A stretch of 51,853 nucleotides of DNA from an uncultured Gammaproteobacteria bacterium. GTDB taxonomy: Bacteria > Patescibacteriota > Patescibacteriia > JAHIZJ01. The notes beneath the pieces are model-generated. The model ran no database searches. It saw nothing but the letters and a program-made list of their open reading frames with translations, and was not told the DNA's origin. Positions 1-10,300 of this stretch are shown piece by piece. The stretch spans positions 1-51,853 of the forward strand of contig CAZQLY010000010.1 of assembly GCA_964594455.1 (NCBI GenBank), read 5' to 3'. The translations under genes were made by a program, and so were the position numbers. The first letter of the stretch is position 1; every line of letters starts with the position of its first letter.

Positions 1-2
1 CC

Positions 3-1223
3 GTGGTAAAAAACTTTATTCATTTTATGGAAGGCCATTCTACTGATGTGGTAAAAGATCTCAACCAACAGATGACAGAAGCTTCGAAGCAGCAAAACTA
101 TGAAAAAGCTGCTAGCTTGCGCGACCGGATCGAGGCAATCAACAAAGTGTTGGAAAAACAAAAAGTTATTCTGCCTACCAACGAAAGCCTGGACTTTATA
201 AGTGTGATTAAACAAAAAAACCTGGCTTGCATCAACCTATTTGTTTTCCAGGAAGGTAAGCTGATTGCCAAAAAAAATTTCATAATAAAAAACATCGAAA
301 ACCAATCTGATGCCGAGCTTCTAGCTAGCTTCATTGAACAATACTATACCCAATCAACTGACCATCCAAAAACTATCATTGTAAAACAATCGCCTGAACG
401 ATCCAATAAAATTCAAAAATTGCTCCAAATAAAAATCACTCCAGCTCAGCGTGGCAAAAAAAATCAGATACTCAAACTGGGTGAAGCCAACGCCCGTGAC
501 GCTTTAGTCAAAACCAAAGCTAGCTGGGAAACCGATTCAGTTAAGGCTAAAGAAGCTTTGGCTGAGTTTACGCAGGCGCTGCATTTGAAAAAACAGCCTC
601 GGCGTATTGAAACTTATGACATATCCAACATTCAGGGTACTAACGCTGTTGGCTCAATGGTGGTATTCCAAGACGGCCTGCCGGATAAATCACAATACCG
701 CAAATTTAAAATCAAAACTGTTGAGCAGTCCAACGATCCAGCTATGATGTCAGAAATACTCTTGCGCCGAATGAGACGTACACAAGCCAAAACCGATCAT
801 TGGGTTCAACCCGGTTTAATAATCCTAGACGGTGGCAAGAGCCAACTCAATGCGGTAACAAAGGCTTTAGCAGCTGAGGGGTTTGATGTTCCCATGGTGG
901 CTCTGGCTAAACGCCTAGAAGAGGTATTCTTTCCCAATATAAAATATCCCCTATTACTCAAGCCCGATTCACCAGCCTTATTCTTGCTTCAACGAATGAG
1001 AGACGAGGCCCATAGATTTGCCATCGGTTATTATCGAAAGGCTCATAGAAAAGATTCCATCAAATCCCAGTTGGATGAAGTACCAGGCGTCGGCCCAAAA
1101 ACTAAGAAGAAGCTTATCCAGAAATTCGGATCATTGGACGGTATTCAATCAGCCAGTGAAGAAGATTTAATTAAAGAAGTCGGCGAAAAGACTGCCAAAA
1201 ACTTAAAAGAATATTTGGGATAA
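3..1223 (+). CDS. uvrC: Excinuclease ABC subunit C (5'-truncated by window edge)
   Basis: UVR motif (NYEKAASLRDRI), RNase H-like endonuclease motifs (RIETYDISNIQG, IILDGGKSQL, RDEAHRFAI) and C-terminal HhH (VPGVGPKT). Confidence 0.97.
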   Translation: MVKNFIHFMEGHSTDVVKDLNQQMTEASKQQNYEKAASLRDRIEAINKVLEKQKVILPTNESLDFISVIKQKNLACINLFVFQEGKLIAKKNFIIKNIENQSDAELLASFIEQYYTQSTDHPKTIIVKQSPERSNKIQKLLQIKITPAQRGKKNQILKLGEANARDALVKTKASWETDSVKAKEALAEFTQALHLKKQPRRIETYDISNIQGTNAVGSMVVFQDGLPDKSQYRKFKIKTVEQSNDPAMMSEILLRRMRRTQAKTDHWVQPGLIILDGGKSQLNAVTKALAAEGFDVPMVALAKRLEEVFFPNIKYPLLLKPDSPALFLLQRMRDEAHRFAIGYYRKAHRKDSIKSQLDEVPGVGPKTKKKLIQKFGSLDGIQSASEEDLIKEVGEKTAKNLKEYLG

Positions 1224-1268
1224 CTGACAAAAAGTAGTAAAATTATATACTAATAATTAATACACTAT

Positions 1269-2111
1269 ATGGGTAGAGAAGGTCTTACTTCTAGCGCAAT
1301 AGCAGAAATGCCCGAAGCACAGATATCCGCACCCGAATCAAAAGAGTCGGTTGAATTACTTTGTCGTTTTGAGGGTCAAGTCGATAAATGGAAATCCGGT
1401 CAATCGGGCGTAGTGATTGAAAGTCAGGGTAATCTCTTACTTAACGGCTCAGAAAGCCTTCTACCCGAAGGTATAAAATATGAAGAATGGTATTTAACTC
1501 CCGAGGGGGTTATTTTGAGAAATGGTAAAGATTTTTCTATTAAAAGATTTGATACTCATTCGATTGAACCGATTTTTTCCGGAACGGAAGAATACCGGGG
1601 TTGTTACGAATTTCCCGACGGAGTGGCTATTCGCGATCATAATAAAACTTTTATCAATGGAGAAACCGAGATAAACACAAAAGACACCTGTAAAAGAACT
1701 GAGTATGTTCCTAACGGAGTCATTGGTGAATCAGCTAGTGGCATAAGGCTCTATGGACCAGAAGGAAAAAGAACCTGGCTGCATGAAGGAAAAATAGATC
1801 CAGATAAGTTAAGCTGGAGACCCCACCCCTATCAGAAAGGGGTAGTCCTGGAAAATAGGAAAAATTCCTCATTGAGCTTGGCAACCGATGCTAGTCATAA
1901 TCCACAAGAAATATGTACTGACGATTTTATGAGCTGGGAACCCTGCGTCCAGGGTATAGTTGGGATAAAAAACGAAGGCGGTTTATACTATTACGCCGTC
2001 GGTGGACACCATCAAAGGTTGGTTGAAGGCTACCCTGATTACCAAATCCACCCGGAAGGGGTAATCGTACGTAACGACACGGAATGGCAATTAATAAAAG
2101 TTGAAAAATAA
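1269..2111 (+). CDS. Hypothetical protein with about 7 degenerate beta-rich repeats (possible beta-propeller)
   Basis: 280-aa ORF after a promoter-like tgaca..tatact; recurring W/Y-x-x-x-P-x-G-V-hydrophobic units. Confidence 0.65.
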   Translation: MGREGLTSSAIAEMPEAQISAPESKESVELLCRFEGQVDKWKSGQSGVVIESQGNLLLNGSESLLPEGIKYEEWYLTPEGVILRNGKDFSIKRFDTHSIEPIFSGTEEYRGCYEFPDGVAIRDHNKTFINGETEINTKDTCKRTEYVPNGVIGESASGIRLYGPEGKRTWLHEGKIDPDKLSWRPHPYQKGVVLENRKNSSLSLATDASHNPQEICTDDFMSWEPCVQGIVGIKNEGGLYYYAVGGHHQRLVEGYPDYQIHPEGVIVRNDTEWQLIKVEK

Positions 2112-2150
2112 AAAAAGAGGGGCATCACCAAGTAATTGGCAACGCCCCGG
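2111..2150. terminator. Hairpin terminator between convergent genes
   Basis: A-tract followed by ggggc...gcccc stem with inner ccaa/ttgg. Confidence 0.5.
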
Positions 2151-2162
2151 GTGCCGAGAACC

Positions 2163-2666
2163 TTAGCGGTTCTGGGCGGGGGTTGAAACGAAGGAACAGA
2201 GTTGCGCATAGACAACAGCCGGAGGCTCGACCAGCGGTTCGACAGTCTGCGCTCGGATCCGCGCCTCGACTTTTCCGTCGAGATTGCGAACGAACGTGAC
2301 CGTCGAAGGCCCCGTGTCAATCGGAACAATCGTCTTGAGATCCTCGTAGGCCACCCGGACGTACGAAACCACATAGGGCTCATCTTGAACGGGTACCACC
2401 ATGTCCAGCAGGATCGCTCGACTGGCTTTCAGGGTCTCCGAACTCTTGGCCCGAATCACCTGAAAATCCTCGAGCAAGTATTCCTGCCCGATTGCCGGAG
2501 TGAACTCGCTGGCGCTGGCCAATACGACCTTGGTCTTCTCCTCAACCACTGTCCGTGGTAAGAAATGACGCAAGGCGCCCGCTCCTACAACCAGGACGAC
2601 GACCAGGATGGCCACGAACCAGTTGTACCAGTGCCCACGCGCATCACGCACCATTCCTAGAAACAT
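2163..2666 (-). CDS. Hypothetical single-pass membrane protein (GC-rich unit)
   Basis: N-terminal TM segment (WFVAILVVVLVVGAGAL); SD AAGGAGGGGTGAT directly before ATG at 2666. Confidence 0.7.
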   Translation of the reverse strand: MFLGMVRDARGHWYNWFVAILVVVLVVGAGALRHFLPRTVVEEKTKVVLASASEFTPAIGQEYLLEDFQVIRAKSSETLKASRAILLDMVVPVQDEPYVVSYVRVAYEDLKTIVPIDTGPSTVTFVRNLDGKVEARIRAQTVEPLVEPPAVVYAQLCSFVSTPAQNR

Positions 2667-2731
2667 ATCACCCCTCCTTGGGTAATGAGCTCCCTGCCTC
2701 AAGAGACTCCTCGGGTACTACACGAAGACCC

Positions 2732-2760
2732 ATACTATCATAGCTTAATAAATATGTCAA
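2732..2760 (-). promoter_or_regulatory. sigma70-type promoter
   Basis: TTGACA-N17-TAGTAT with TG extension on minus strand. Confidence 0.6.
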
Positions 2761-2765
2761 CCCCC

Positions 2766-2918
2766 ATGCAACACGAGGATGATATTGAAAAACAACTTGA
2801 AGAAAAAACCCGCCGCCGCCGTCACAAGAAAAAACCAAAAATGAAAGTGAGCGGCCGGAGTGTTTTACACTTAAAAAGGGTGATAGCTGAGAAGGGTTCC
2901 AAAAGTCCTAAAAAATGA
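2766..2918 (+). CDS. Small basic hypothetical protein
   Basis: Lys/Arg-rich 50-aa ORF (RRRRHKKKPKMKVSG); start uncertain. Confidence 0.5.
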   Translation: MQHEDDIEKQLEEKTRRRRHKKKPKMKVSGRSVLHLKRVIAEKGSKSPKK

Positions 2919-2927
2919 AACACTCCA

Positions 2928-2956
2928 TTGACAAAACAACCCTTATTTGATAGTTT
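2928..2956 (+). promoter_or_regulatory. sigma70-type promoter for secG
   Basis: TTGACA-N17-TAGTTT with TG extension. Confidence 0.55.
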
Positions 2957-2997
2957 ATATGACAGCCAGACTTGGCTTTTTTCAATAACAAAGAATT

Positions 2998-3216
2998 ATG
3001 CAATTCTACTTCAATATTGCCCTAATAGTACTAGGCGTCCTACTCACAGTCGCTATCTTATTCCAACAGCGCGGCTCTGGGCTGGGCGGAGTTTTTGGTG
3101 GTGAGGGAAACGTCTTTCAAACACGTCGAGGAGTCGAAAGATATCTTTTTATCTTTACCATAGTTGTAGCGGTACTCTTTTTAGGCACCGCTCTAGCTAA
3201 CTTATTGTTTGCCTAA
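2998..3216 (+). CDS. secG: Preprotein translocase subunit SecG
   Basis: Two TM helices flanking LFQQRGSGLGGVFGG...TRRGVER. Confidence 0.95.
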   Translation: MQFYFNIALIVLGVLLTVAILFQQRGSGLGGVFGGEGNVFQTRRGVERYLFIFTIVVAVLFLGTALANLLFA

Positions 3217-3242
3217 TTGAAACTAACGTTAACACTTTTTCA

Positions 3243-5027
3243 GTGGCAAGTCTTTTGAACTGGTTTAAAAACATCTTCCGAAAATCCCCTCAGGGCGGTT
3301 TTCGTCATTCGGCTAATCAACGGATGGGCGGTATTATTCCACGGAGACCACGACCCACATTGGCTCAATTGTGGCAATTGCCCAGAGTTTTAACATATAC
3401 CGAAAAAAGGATCCTTGGTCTGGCGGTTTTTTTGATATTAGCCTCGGCCATTACATTAGGTATCCGATATTATTTGAATCATACGACCCCAGTTCCGATC
3501 GTAGGAGGAGAATATACCGAGGGTTTAGTGGGTAATCCGTCATATATAAACCCAGTGCTGGCCCAGTCCAACGATGTAGATATGGATATTTCCAGACTGG
3601 TGTTCTCTGGTTTGTTTAAATACAACGAAGAGCGTGAGCTGGTTCCCGATTTGGCCGAAAGCTACGAATTAAGTGAAGACGAAAAAACCTACACCATTAA
3701 ACTACGACCAGATGTTCTCTGGCACGATGGCCAGAAATTCAGCGCCTTAGATGTCCAGACCACTATTGATTTAATTCAAACTTCAGAAATAAACAGCCCC
3801 TTGGGAAATAACTTAAAAGGGATTACTACTGAGGCTCCTGACGAACACACCATAATCCTGACTCTGAAAGAACCTTTTGCACCCTTCCTGAGTTCATTGA
3901 CTTTTGGTATTCTACCAACCCACGTCTGGAGTGAGATTCCTATCCTCTCTTTTCATTTAGCTGAGTTTAATGTTAAGCCGATTGGAACCGGTCCATTCAA
4001 ATTCAAATCTCTAAAAAAAGACCGCTCTGGCAACATTAAGTCTTATGAGCTTGAAAGAAATGCTAATTATTATGGCCAGCCACCTTATATAGAAAAGTTT
4101 AAATTCGTTTTCTACACCGATTTAGAAAGTTTGATTGAGGCCGGCCGTAAAAATAATGTTGAGGGTTTAGGTTATGTTCCCAAAGAATTGAAAGATAGCC
4201 TTTCAAAAAACGATAATATAAAAACCTATCTACTCCACCTGCCTCAATATACTGCAGTTTTCTTGAATCAGAAGAACGCTTTACTCAAAAATATAGATAT
4301 CAAGCAAGCTTTAGCCTATTCGATAAACAAACAGGAAATTATTGATACGGTTCTGAGCGGTGAGGGTGAGGCCATTCACGGTCCGATTCTACCTGGTTTT
4401 GTCGGCTATAATCCAGAACTCAAGCAATACGAGTTTAATCCAATCAAAGCTCAGGAAATATTGGATAACACCGGCTGGACTCTCGAAGAAGGCAATGAGA
4501 TGAGAACCAAAGACGGACAGGAATTACGCTTCACATTAACAACCATTGATCAACCAGACTTTGTGGCCAGTGCTAATTTATTAAAAGACTATTGGCAAAA
4601 AATTGGTTGTGGGGTTGAGCTGAGAATAATAGATTCAACTAGAATACAAAAATATGTTATCAAGCCTCGCGATTTTGAAGCGCTATTGGTAGGAGAAATT
4701 GTAGGCACTGATCCTGATCCTTATTCTTTCTGGCATTCCTCACAGGGGCGTGACCCAGGATTAAATCTTTCTGTCTATGTTAATAAAGACGTCGACCAGT
4801 TGCTGGAAGAAGCCCGTAAAACCACTGACCCAGAACAACGTCGTTTGAAGTATCTCCATTTTCAAAATATTCTAGCTGATGAACTACCGGCTCTGTTTCT
4901 CTACAATCCAACTTATACCTATGGTTTACATAAAAAGGTCAAGGGTTTTGAGCTTGATCGAATAAGCGTACCAGCTGATAGATTTACTGGCATTGAAAAC
5001 TGGTACATCAAGACGAAACGTCAATAA
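3243..5027 (+). CDS. Peptide ABC transporter substrate-binding protein (SBP family 5), membrane-anchored
   Basis: PDLAESYE, LRPDVLWHDG and PIGTGPFKF motifs; N-terminal TM. Confidence 0.92.
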   Translation: MASLLNWFKNIFRKSPQGGFRHSANQRMGGIIPRRPRPTLAQLWQLPRVLTYTEKRILGLAVFLILASAITLGIRYYLNHTTPVPIVGGEYTEGLVGNPSYINPVLAQSNDVDMDISRLVFSGLFKYNEERELVPDLAESYELSEDEKTYTIKLRPDVLWHDGQKFSALDVQTTIDLIQTSEINSPLGNNLKGITTEAPDEHTIILTLKEPFAPFLSSLTFGILPTHVWSEIPILSFHLAEFNVKPIGTGPFKFKSLKKDRSGNIKSYELERNANYYGQPPYIEKFKFVFYTDLESLIEAGRKNNVEGLGYVPKELKDSLSKNDNIKTYLLHLPQYTAVFLNQKNALLKNIDIKQALAYSINKQEIIDTVLSGEGEAIHGPILPGFVGYNPELKQYEFNPIKAQEILDNTGWTLEEGNEMRTKDGQELRFTLTTIDQPDFVASANLLKDYWQKIGCGVELRIIDSTRIQKYVIKPRDFEALLVGEIVGTDPDPYSFWHSSQGRDPGLNLSVYVNKDVDQLLEEARKTTDPEQRRLKYLHFQNILADELPALFLYNPTYTYGLHKKVKGFELDRISVPADRFTGIENWYIKTKRQ

Positions 5028-5032
5028 TCATT

Positions 5033-5100
5033 GGGGGTGTGGCGGAATTGACCCGCCTCGCTGAAGACAAGCTATCAGCGAGTCGAGGCGGGCAGACGCA
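5033..5100 (+). pseudogene. tRNA-Leu-like 5' half interrupted by a hairpin insertion
   Basis: GGGGGTGTGGCGGAATTG[insert with cccgcctcg/cgaggcggg stem]GCAGACGC matches the 5' end of the neighbouring tRNA-Leu. Confidence 0.7.
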
Positions 5101-5112
5101 CAGACTAAATAA

Positions 5113-5160
5113 GGGGATGTGGCGGAATTGGCAGACCTGCCTGCTGGCAAGCAGGCGCGT
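5113..5160 (+). pseudogene. Second tRNA-Leu-like 5' half with palindrome insertion
   Basis: GGGGATGTGGCGGAATTGGCAGAC followed by palindrome cctgcctgctggcaagcagg. Confidence 0.7.
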
Positions 5161-5180
5161 TAGTTCTGTGTACATTTTAC

Positions 5181-5267
5181 GGGCGAGTGGCGGAATTGGC
5201 AGACGCGCACGGTTCAGGGCCGTGTTGGAGCAATCCAGTGAGGGTTCAACTCCCTCCTCGCCCACCA
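5181..5267 (+). tRNA. tRNA-Leu (anticodon CAG)
   Basis: Acceptor GGGCGAG/CTCGCCC, anticodon arm CACGG-TTCAGGG-CCGTG, long variable arm, T arm GAGGG-TTCAACT-CCCTC, encoded CCA. Confidence 0.97.
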
Positions 5268-5285
5268 TATAATATAAAAATATTA

Positions 5286-5355
5286 GTGGGTTCCCCGCCA
5301 CATAAAGTAAAAAAGGCGGGTCCGCCGTAGGCGTAAACTCCCACCATCCCCACCA
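5286..5355 (+). pseudogene. tRNA 3' half (T arm, acceptor strand, CCA) interrupted by two hairpins
   Basis: GTGGGTTC[42-nt insert]AACTCCCAC-CATCCCC-ACCA; CATCCCC is complementary to GGGGATG at 5113. Confidence 0.75.
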
Positions 5356-5424
5356 TTATTAAATACTTTAAACAAATAAAATTCATAATTATTCATTTTT
5401 TATTCTTAACTTTTAATTAATTAT

Positions 5425-7146
5425 ATGGTTCCAAGAAAAGGAAAGAAAAACACGAAAAAAACTCATCCGACAATTAGTAGGGCGGATACTCTCAGAATTA
5501 TTCCGCTGGGAGGTATGGAAGAGGTGGGTCGCAATATGACTGTTATTGAATACAAACAGGACATAATTATTATCGACATGGGCCTGCAATTTCCTGAAGA
5601 GGATATGCCCGGCATTGATTATATTATTCCTAACTCAGCCTATCTGAGAGGCAAAGAAAAATATATTAAAGGTGTCATCATTACGCATGGCCACTATGAC
5701 CATATCGGGGCCATACCCCATCTGATACCTAAATTAGGCAAACCACCAGTCTATGCCACTCCTCTTACTTTGGGGATAATAGCTAAACGACAAGAAGATT
5801 ATAAGAACGGTGGTGGCAAATTAGACCTTCAGGCAATTGATATTGATACTAAACTAAGGCTGGGGGTTTTTGACATTGAGTTTTTTGGAGTTAGTCATAA
5901 TATACCCGGGTCTCTGGGTGTAATCATCAATACACCAGTGGGTACTGTAGTTCATACGGGAGACTTCAAACTTGATCTCCAGCCCTCAGGAGACACTCCC
6001 ACAGACATAGCTAAAATAGCCAGATTAAATGAACAAAACGTCCTAGCCCTGCTGTCAGATAGTACTAACGCCACTCAGCCAGGACACCAATTCACCGAGC
6101 AGGAAATTATGGGGAATATGGAAGACATCTTTCGTACTACCAAAGGGCGATTAATTATTGGAACCTTTGCCTCGTTGCTGGGCCGCATTCAACAAATAAT
6201 AAAGCTGGCTGAAAAATATGATCGTTACGTTATTCTAGATGGATATAGCCTGAGAACAAATGTCGAAATAGCTCAGCAGTTAGGCTATCTAAAAATCAAA
6301 TCTGGCACACTTGTCACTTATGGTGAAATGAAAAAAATCCCCAGTAAGAGACTACTTATTCTCTGTACTGGCGCTCAGGGTGAAGGTCGAGCTGTGTTAA
6401 TGCGACTGGCCAACCGTGAACATAAAAGGACTAGGATTGAAAGAGGTGATACTGTGGTATTTTCTTCTTCCGTGGTTCCGGGCAATGAACGTTCGGTGCA
6501 ATATCTAATCGATACTTTATATCGTGAAGGTGCGGAAGTGATCAATTACAAGATGATGGACATCCACGCCGGGGGACACGCTAAACAAGAAGATTTAAAA
6601 CTCATGCTTAGGCTGGTAAACCCACAATATCTTATTCCTATTGAAGGCAACCATTCTTTTTTACAGAATCATGCCAAAATAGCAATCGCTTCAGGATTTG
6701 ATCCTAAGAAGATTTTTATAGCCGACAACGGCCAGATTATAGAATTCACCAAACAGGGTGGAAAATTAACTAAAAAGAAAGTACCTTCCGAATACGTTAT
6801 GGTTGATGGATTAGGCGTTGGTGATGTTTCCAGTGTTGTTTTACGTGATCGTCAACAGTTGGCCGGAGATGGAATGGTTGTAGTGATCCTCACCATTGAA
6901 AAAAAGACTGGTAGGCTGGTTGAGAAAGCTGACATAATATCCCGTGGTTTTGTTTATATGAAGGGGAGTAAACAACTGATAGAACAAACTAGAACCAAAA
7001 TCAAAGATATACTAAAAGACAACGATCCAAAAGCTTCTCTCAATGAAACTTACATAAAGAATAAGATTAGAGATGATATTGGACAGTTTTTGTTTCAAAA
7101 GACTGAACGTCGTCCAATGATTCTGCCAGTGATAATCGCCGTATAA
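5425..7146 (+). CDS. rnj: Ribonuclease J
   Basis: IPLGGMEEVGRNM, THGHYDHIG, HTGDFKLD, HAGGHA and TERRPMILP motifs. Confidence 0.97.
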   Translation: MVPRKGKKNTKKTHPTISRADTLRIIPLGGMEEVGRNMTVIEYKQDIIIIDMGLQFPEEDMPGIDYIIPNSAYLRGKEKYIKGVIITHGHYDHIGAIPHLIPKLGKPPVYATPLTLGIIAKRQEDYKNGGGKLDLQAIDIDTKLRLGVFDIEFFGVSHNIPGSLGVIINTPVGTVVHTGDFKLDLQPSGDTPTDIAKIARLNEQNVLALLSDSTNATQPGHQFTEQEIMGNMEDIFRTTKGRLIIGTFASLLGRIQQIIKLAEKYDRYVILDGYSLRTNVEIAQQLGYLKIKSGTLVTYGEMKKIPSKRLLILCTGAQGEGRAVLMRLANREHKRTRIERGDTVVFSSSVVPGNERSVQYLIDTLYREGAEVINYKMMDIHAGGHAKQEDLKLMLRLVNPQYLIPIEGNHSFLQNHAKIAIASGFDPKKIFIADNGQIIEFTKQGGKLTKKKVPSEYVMVDGLGVGDVSSVVLRDRQQLAGDGMVVVILTIEKKTGRLVEKADIISRGFVYMKGSKQLIEQTRTKIKDILKDNDPKASLNETYIKNKIRDDIGQFLFQKTERRPMILPVIIAV

Positions 7147-7166
7147 TAAAGCCGCTTGCGATCATA

Positions 7167-7195
7167 TTGACAAAACGCTAAAATAACTGTATACT
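7167..7195 (+). promoter_or_regulatory. Strong sigma70 promoter for the large surface protein
   Basis: TTGACA-N17-TATACT. Confidence 0.75.
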
Positions 7196-7335
7196 AATAA
7201 GGTAAAGTGGTCTAATTAATTAGTCTTTTTGAGATTTTGGGGGAATCAAAAGTACTAATATTAAACAAAAACAAATACATTTTTTTGAGTCGGCGCTTTT
7301 CTGCCAAATAATACTGCCACCTATGTGGCTTTTTT

Positions 7336-7351
7336 TATATATATATATATA
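7336..7351. repeat. (TA)8 microsatellite
   Basis: tatatatatatatata directly after a T-run, about 24 nt upstream of ATG 7375. Confidence 0.8.
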
Positions 7352-7374
7352 AATAACTATTAAAAAGTAAACTA

Positions 7375-10300
7375 ATGAAAAAAACAGCAAAGATCAGTCT
7401 CTTCCTGGGAGTAGGCATTATCGCTCTAGTTATGGGACTTTCGCTGTCCAAAGACGCTGGGGCAGTAGTCCAAGTTGATCCGGATCCGCGCGTTTCTAGT
7501 CTAAGCGCTAGTCCGGCCAGCACCACGGCTGGGGCGACAACCACCTATACCCTTAGTTTTACTCTATCTGAAGCAATGGCTCAGGGTGGTAGAGTAATGA
7601 TCGTAGTCCAATCCAATGGAAATTGTGATGGTGATTGGAACTCATGTCAAGTTAATTTTGAAAATGTCACTGAAAATGACGTTTCCGGAATTAGCAACTT
7701 ACATGATTTTAATGCCTGGGATCAAGGCGTTGAGTTAGGCAAAAACTCATGGACAGCCGGTACTTATACCGTTACTCTATCTGGCGTTCAGAATCCTTCT
7801 CAAGTTGGTGGACATTATCGCGCCTATGCCGAGACTATGGCCACCGGAGAACAGCAGGAACCTTGTGAGCCAGGTGAAGAGTGTCCCCAAGGACCACGCA
7901 CCGCTTCGGCTCCTATTTTCTTTGGAACCGTAGGTGTTAAAGGCACAATCACCTTGCCTAACGGCGACCCAGCTTCAAACGTTAGCGTTGAAGTAAGAAG
8001 TGAGGACTTCTCTACCAACGAACATGCTAACACTGATGATTTGGGTTTTTATGCTGTAATGGCAAATCGCTTAACCAGCGGTACGGCTTATACGTTAGAA
8101 GTTTGGGTAGGTGGTAACGAAGATATGGAAAATTATGTGTCACCCGAACTTAAGCAATTCACCTATGCTGGCTCAACGTTAACAAAGAACGCTCAGCTAC
8201 GAACTGCTAGTAAAACCGTAACTGGTGTTCTGAAATATAATGATGGCACGGTTGTAAAAACCGGCGCCGAAGTTTGGGCCAACCCAATGGGTGGCGGTGG
8301 CGGTAAGAATGCTCAAGTAAGTGAAACGGATGGAACTTTCACCATAACCCTAGCGGGCGGCTCATATGATCTTGGTTTAAATGCAGGCTGGGTGTGTGAT
8401 GGCAATGGCTGTCACGAAAGAACGGTTAATTGGACCTACAATCAACCCTCGCAAATGGTTGAATTTGCTAACAACACCTCAACAGAGAACAAAACTGTTA
8501 ATTTTGTAGTCCAAAAAACCGATGCTATTGTAAAAGGTAAAATATTAAAGCCCAACGGTGATCCTATCGGCGGACACATCGAACTCAGCACTGGTGATGG
8601 TCCGGGCATGGGCGGGCACGTTGATCAATATAGCGGCGGCCGATTCAATATCAACGTCATGGCTGGAAAATATAAACTAATGTTTTGGCCTGACACTTGG
8701 GGTGATAACTCTGGTGATAATGCCCGTTACTACATGGACGAAATGGTAGTTAATGTATCCACGGATCAAACACTTAACCTTGGCACGATCACTTTGAAGA
8801 AAAAGACTTCAAAAATCACTGGTAGTGTTATAACAAAGGACGATGAACCAGTTGCTGACTTTAGAGTAAACTGCTGGGTACATGATGGATATGGTTGGGC
8901 TGAAGCTACAACCAACACCAGCGGGGTATATAACGTATGGATAGCTCCTGGTGAATGGGAATGCGGAGCCAGCCAAGGCCCAGATACAAATTACATACCC
9001 ATTAGTCAGGGTCCGCCAAAATTCTACCAAGTCAAAGCCAACCAGACCATAACAGCTGACGACATCGTTGTTCAGGAGGCAGATGCTCAACTGACCATTA
9101 AGGCGATTGATAAAGACGGTAATGCTATTGCTAGCCTCTGGGGTGGAGCTTATGCCCGCAAAAAAAGCGGTGGATTTGGACCAGGCAATGAGTTCCATAC
9201 CGGATTAGACCGTGGTGAGGGCACCCTTTCGCTGCTTGGTGGCAGTACTTATATGGTTGGTATACATATAGACAAACAAACCGACCTGCTAATGCAAGAT
9301 GAGATTGAAGTGGTTGTTCCAGAGGGCGCTCAAAAAACCGTTAAAGTAACATTAGTTGAGCCCGATGCGTTCGTTAGAATCATTCTAAAAGATCAATACG
9401 GAAAAAAATTAACTGATTTGGAAGCCGAGGTCGAGATTGGCTCAGAAGGATTTGGAATGTGGCGCCATGCCCGCACCCAAAATGGTGAGGCTACAATCGG
9501 CGTTCAGGGTGGAAACAAATACTTTGCCGGTTATTGGCTCAGAGACAATCCTGAATATGTCCAAACTCATCCTGAAGGAGCCCCATTCTTAGTAAAATCA
9601 GGACAAACTGTCACTCAAGTTATTACTGTATTCAGAGCAAATGCAGGAATTGAAATAACCCTTAAAGATCCTGATGGCAATTTAGTCGATTGGGGCCATG
9701 CCTGGTGCTCAAACCATAGGTATAAAGAGGATAAATTAAAAACCGATACCTTCAGCGGCACCGAAGGAAGCGGTCAGATAATCGATGCCGGCACTGAAAT
9801 ACGAGAAGGTCGTGGTCAAATCGCAGTAGTAGTAACTGATGATAATTATCAATACGAATGCGGTTCGGGCGGCGGTCCAGACATGATGGCAAATAACTGG
9901 CTACCACCTGATATGGTAGAAGTAAAAGCTAAAGAAGGCGAGACAACAAAAATAACCCTTCAGTTCAGTGAAGCAGATTCTACTATCACTGGCAGTGCAA
10001 AGCTGGATTCTGGCAGTGCAGTCAACTGGGGTTGGTGCTTTGCCTTCAGTCAAAATGGTCAGCACTCTGGAACAGAACTGATCGACGGTAAATTCAGCTT
10101 ACCTGTAAATTCAGGCACAACCTGGTTTGTTGGCTGTGATACAAATACTTCAGATGGCTTCTATCGATCAATAGAAAAAATGGTGTCTGTTCCTAAAGAA
10201 GGCACATATTCTACAAGTCTCATCCTGTCAAAAGAGCTCTGGGATCTGCCGGAAGGCTTAACCCTGCAGTTTGATGCCAGTCAACAACAGTCACTCACTC

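Noticed and set aside
3243-5027. Orphan substrate-binding protein without permeases as an anomaly
   Set aside because: secG followed by a lone family-5 SBP is, from my recollection, a common CPR arrangement; partner genes may lie elsewhere
5008-5301. ORFs 5008-5301(-) and 5039-5272(+)
   Set aside because: They overlap the tRNA-Leu and tRNA fragments; spurious
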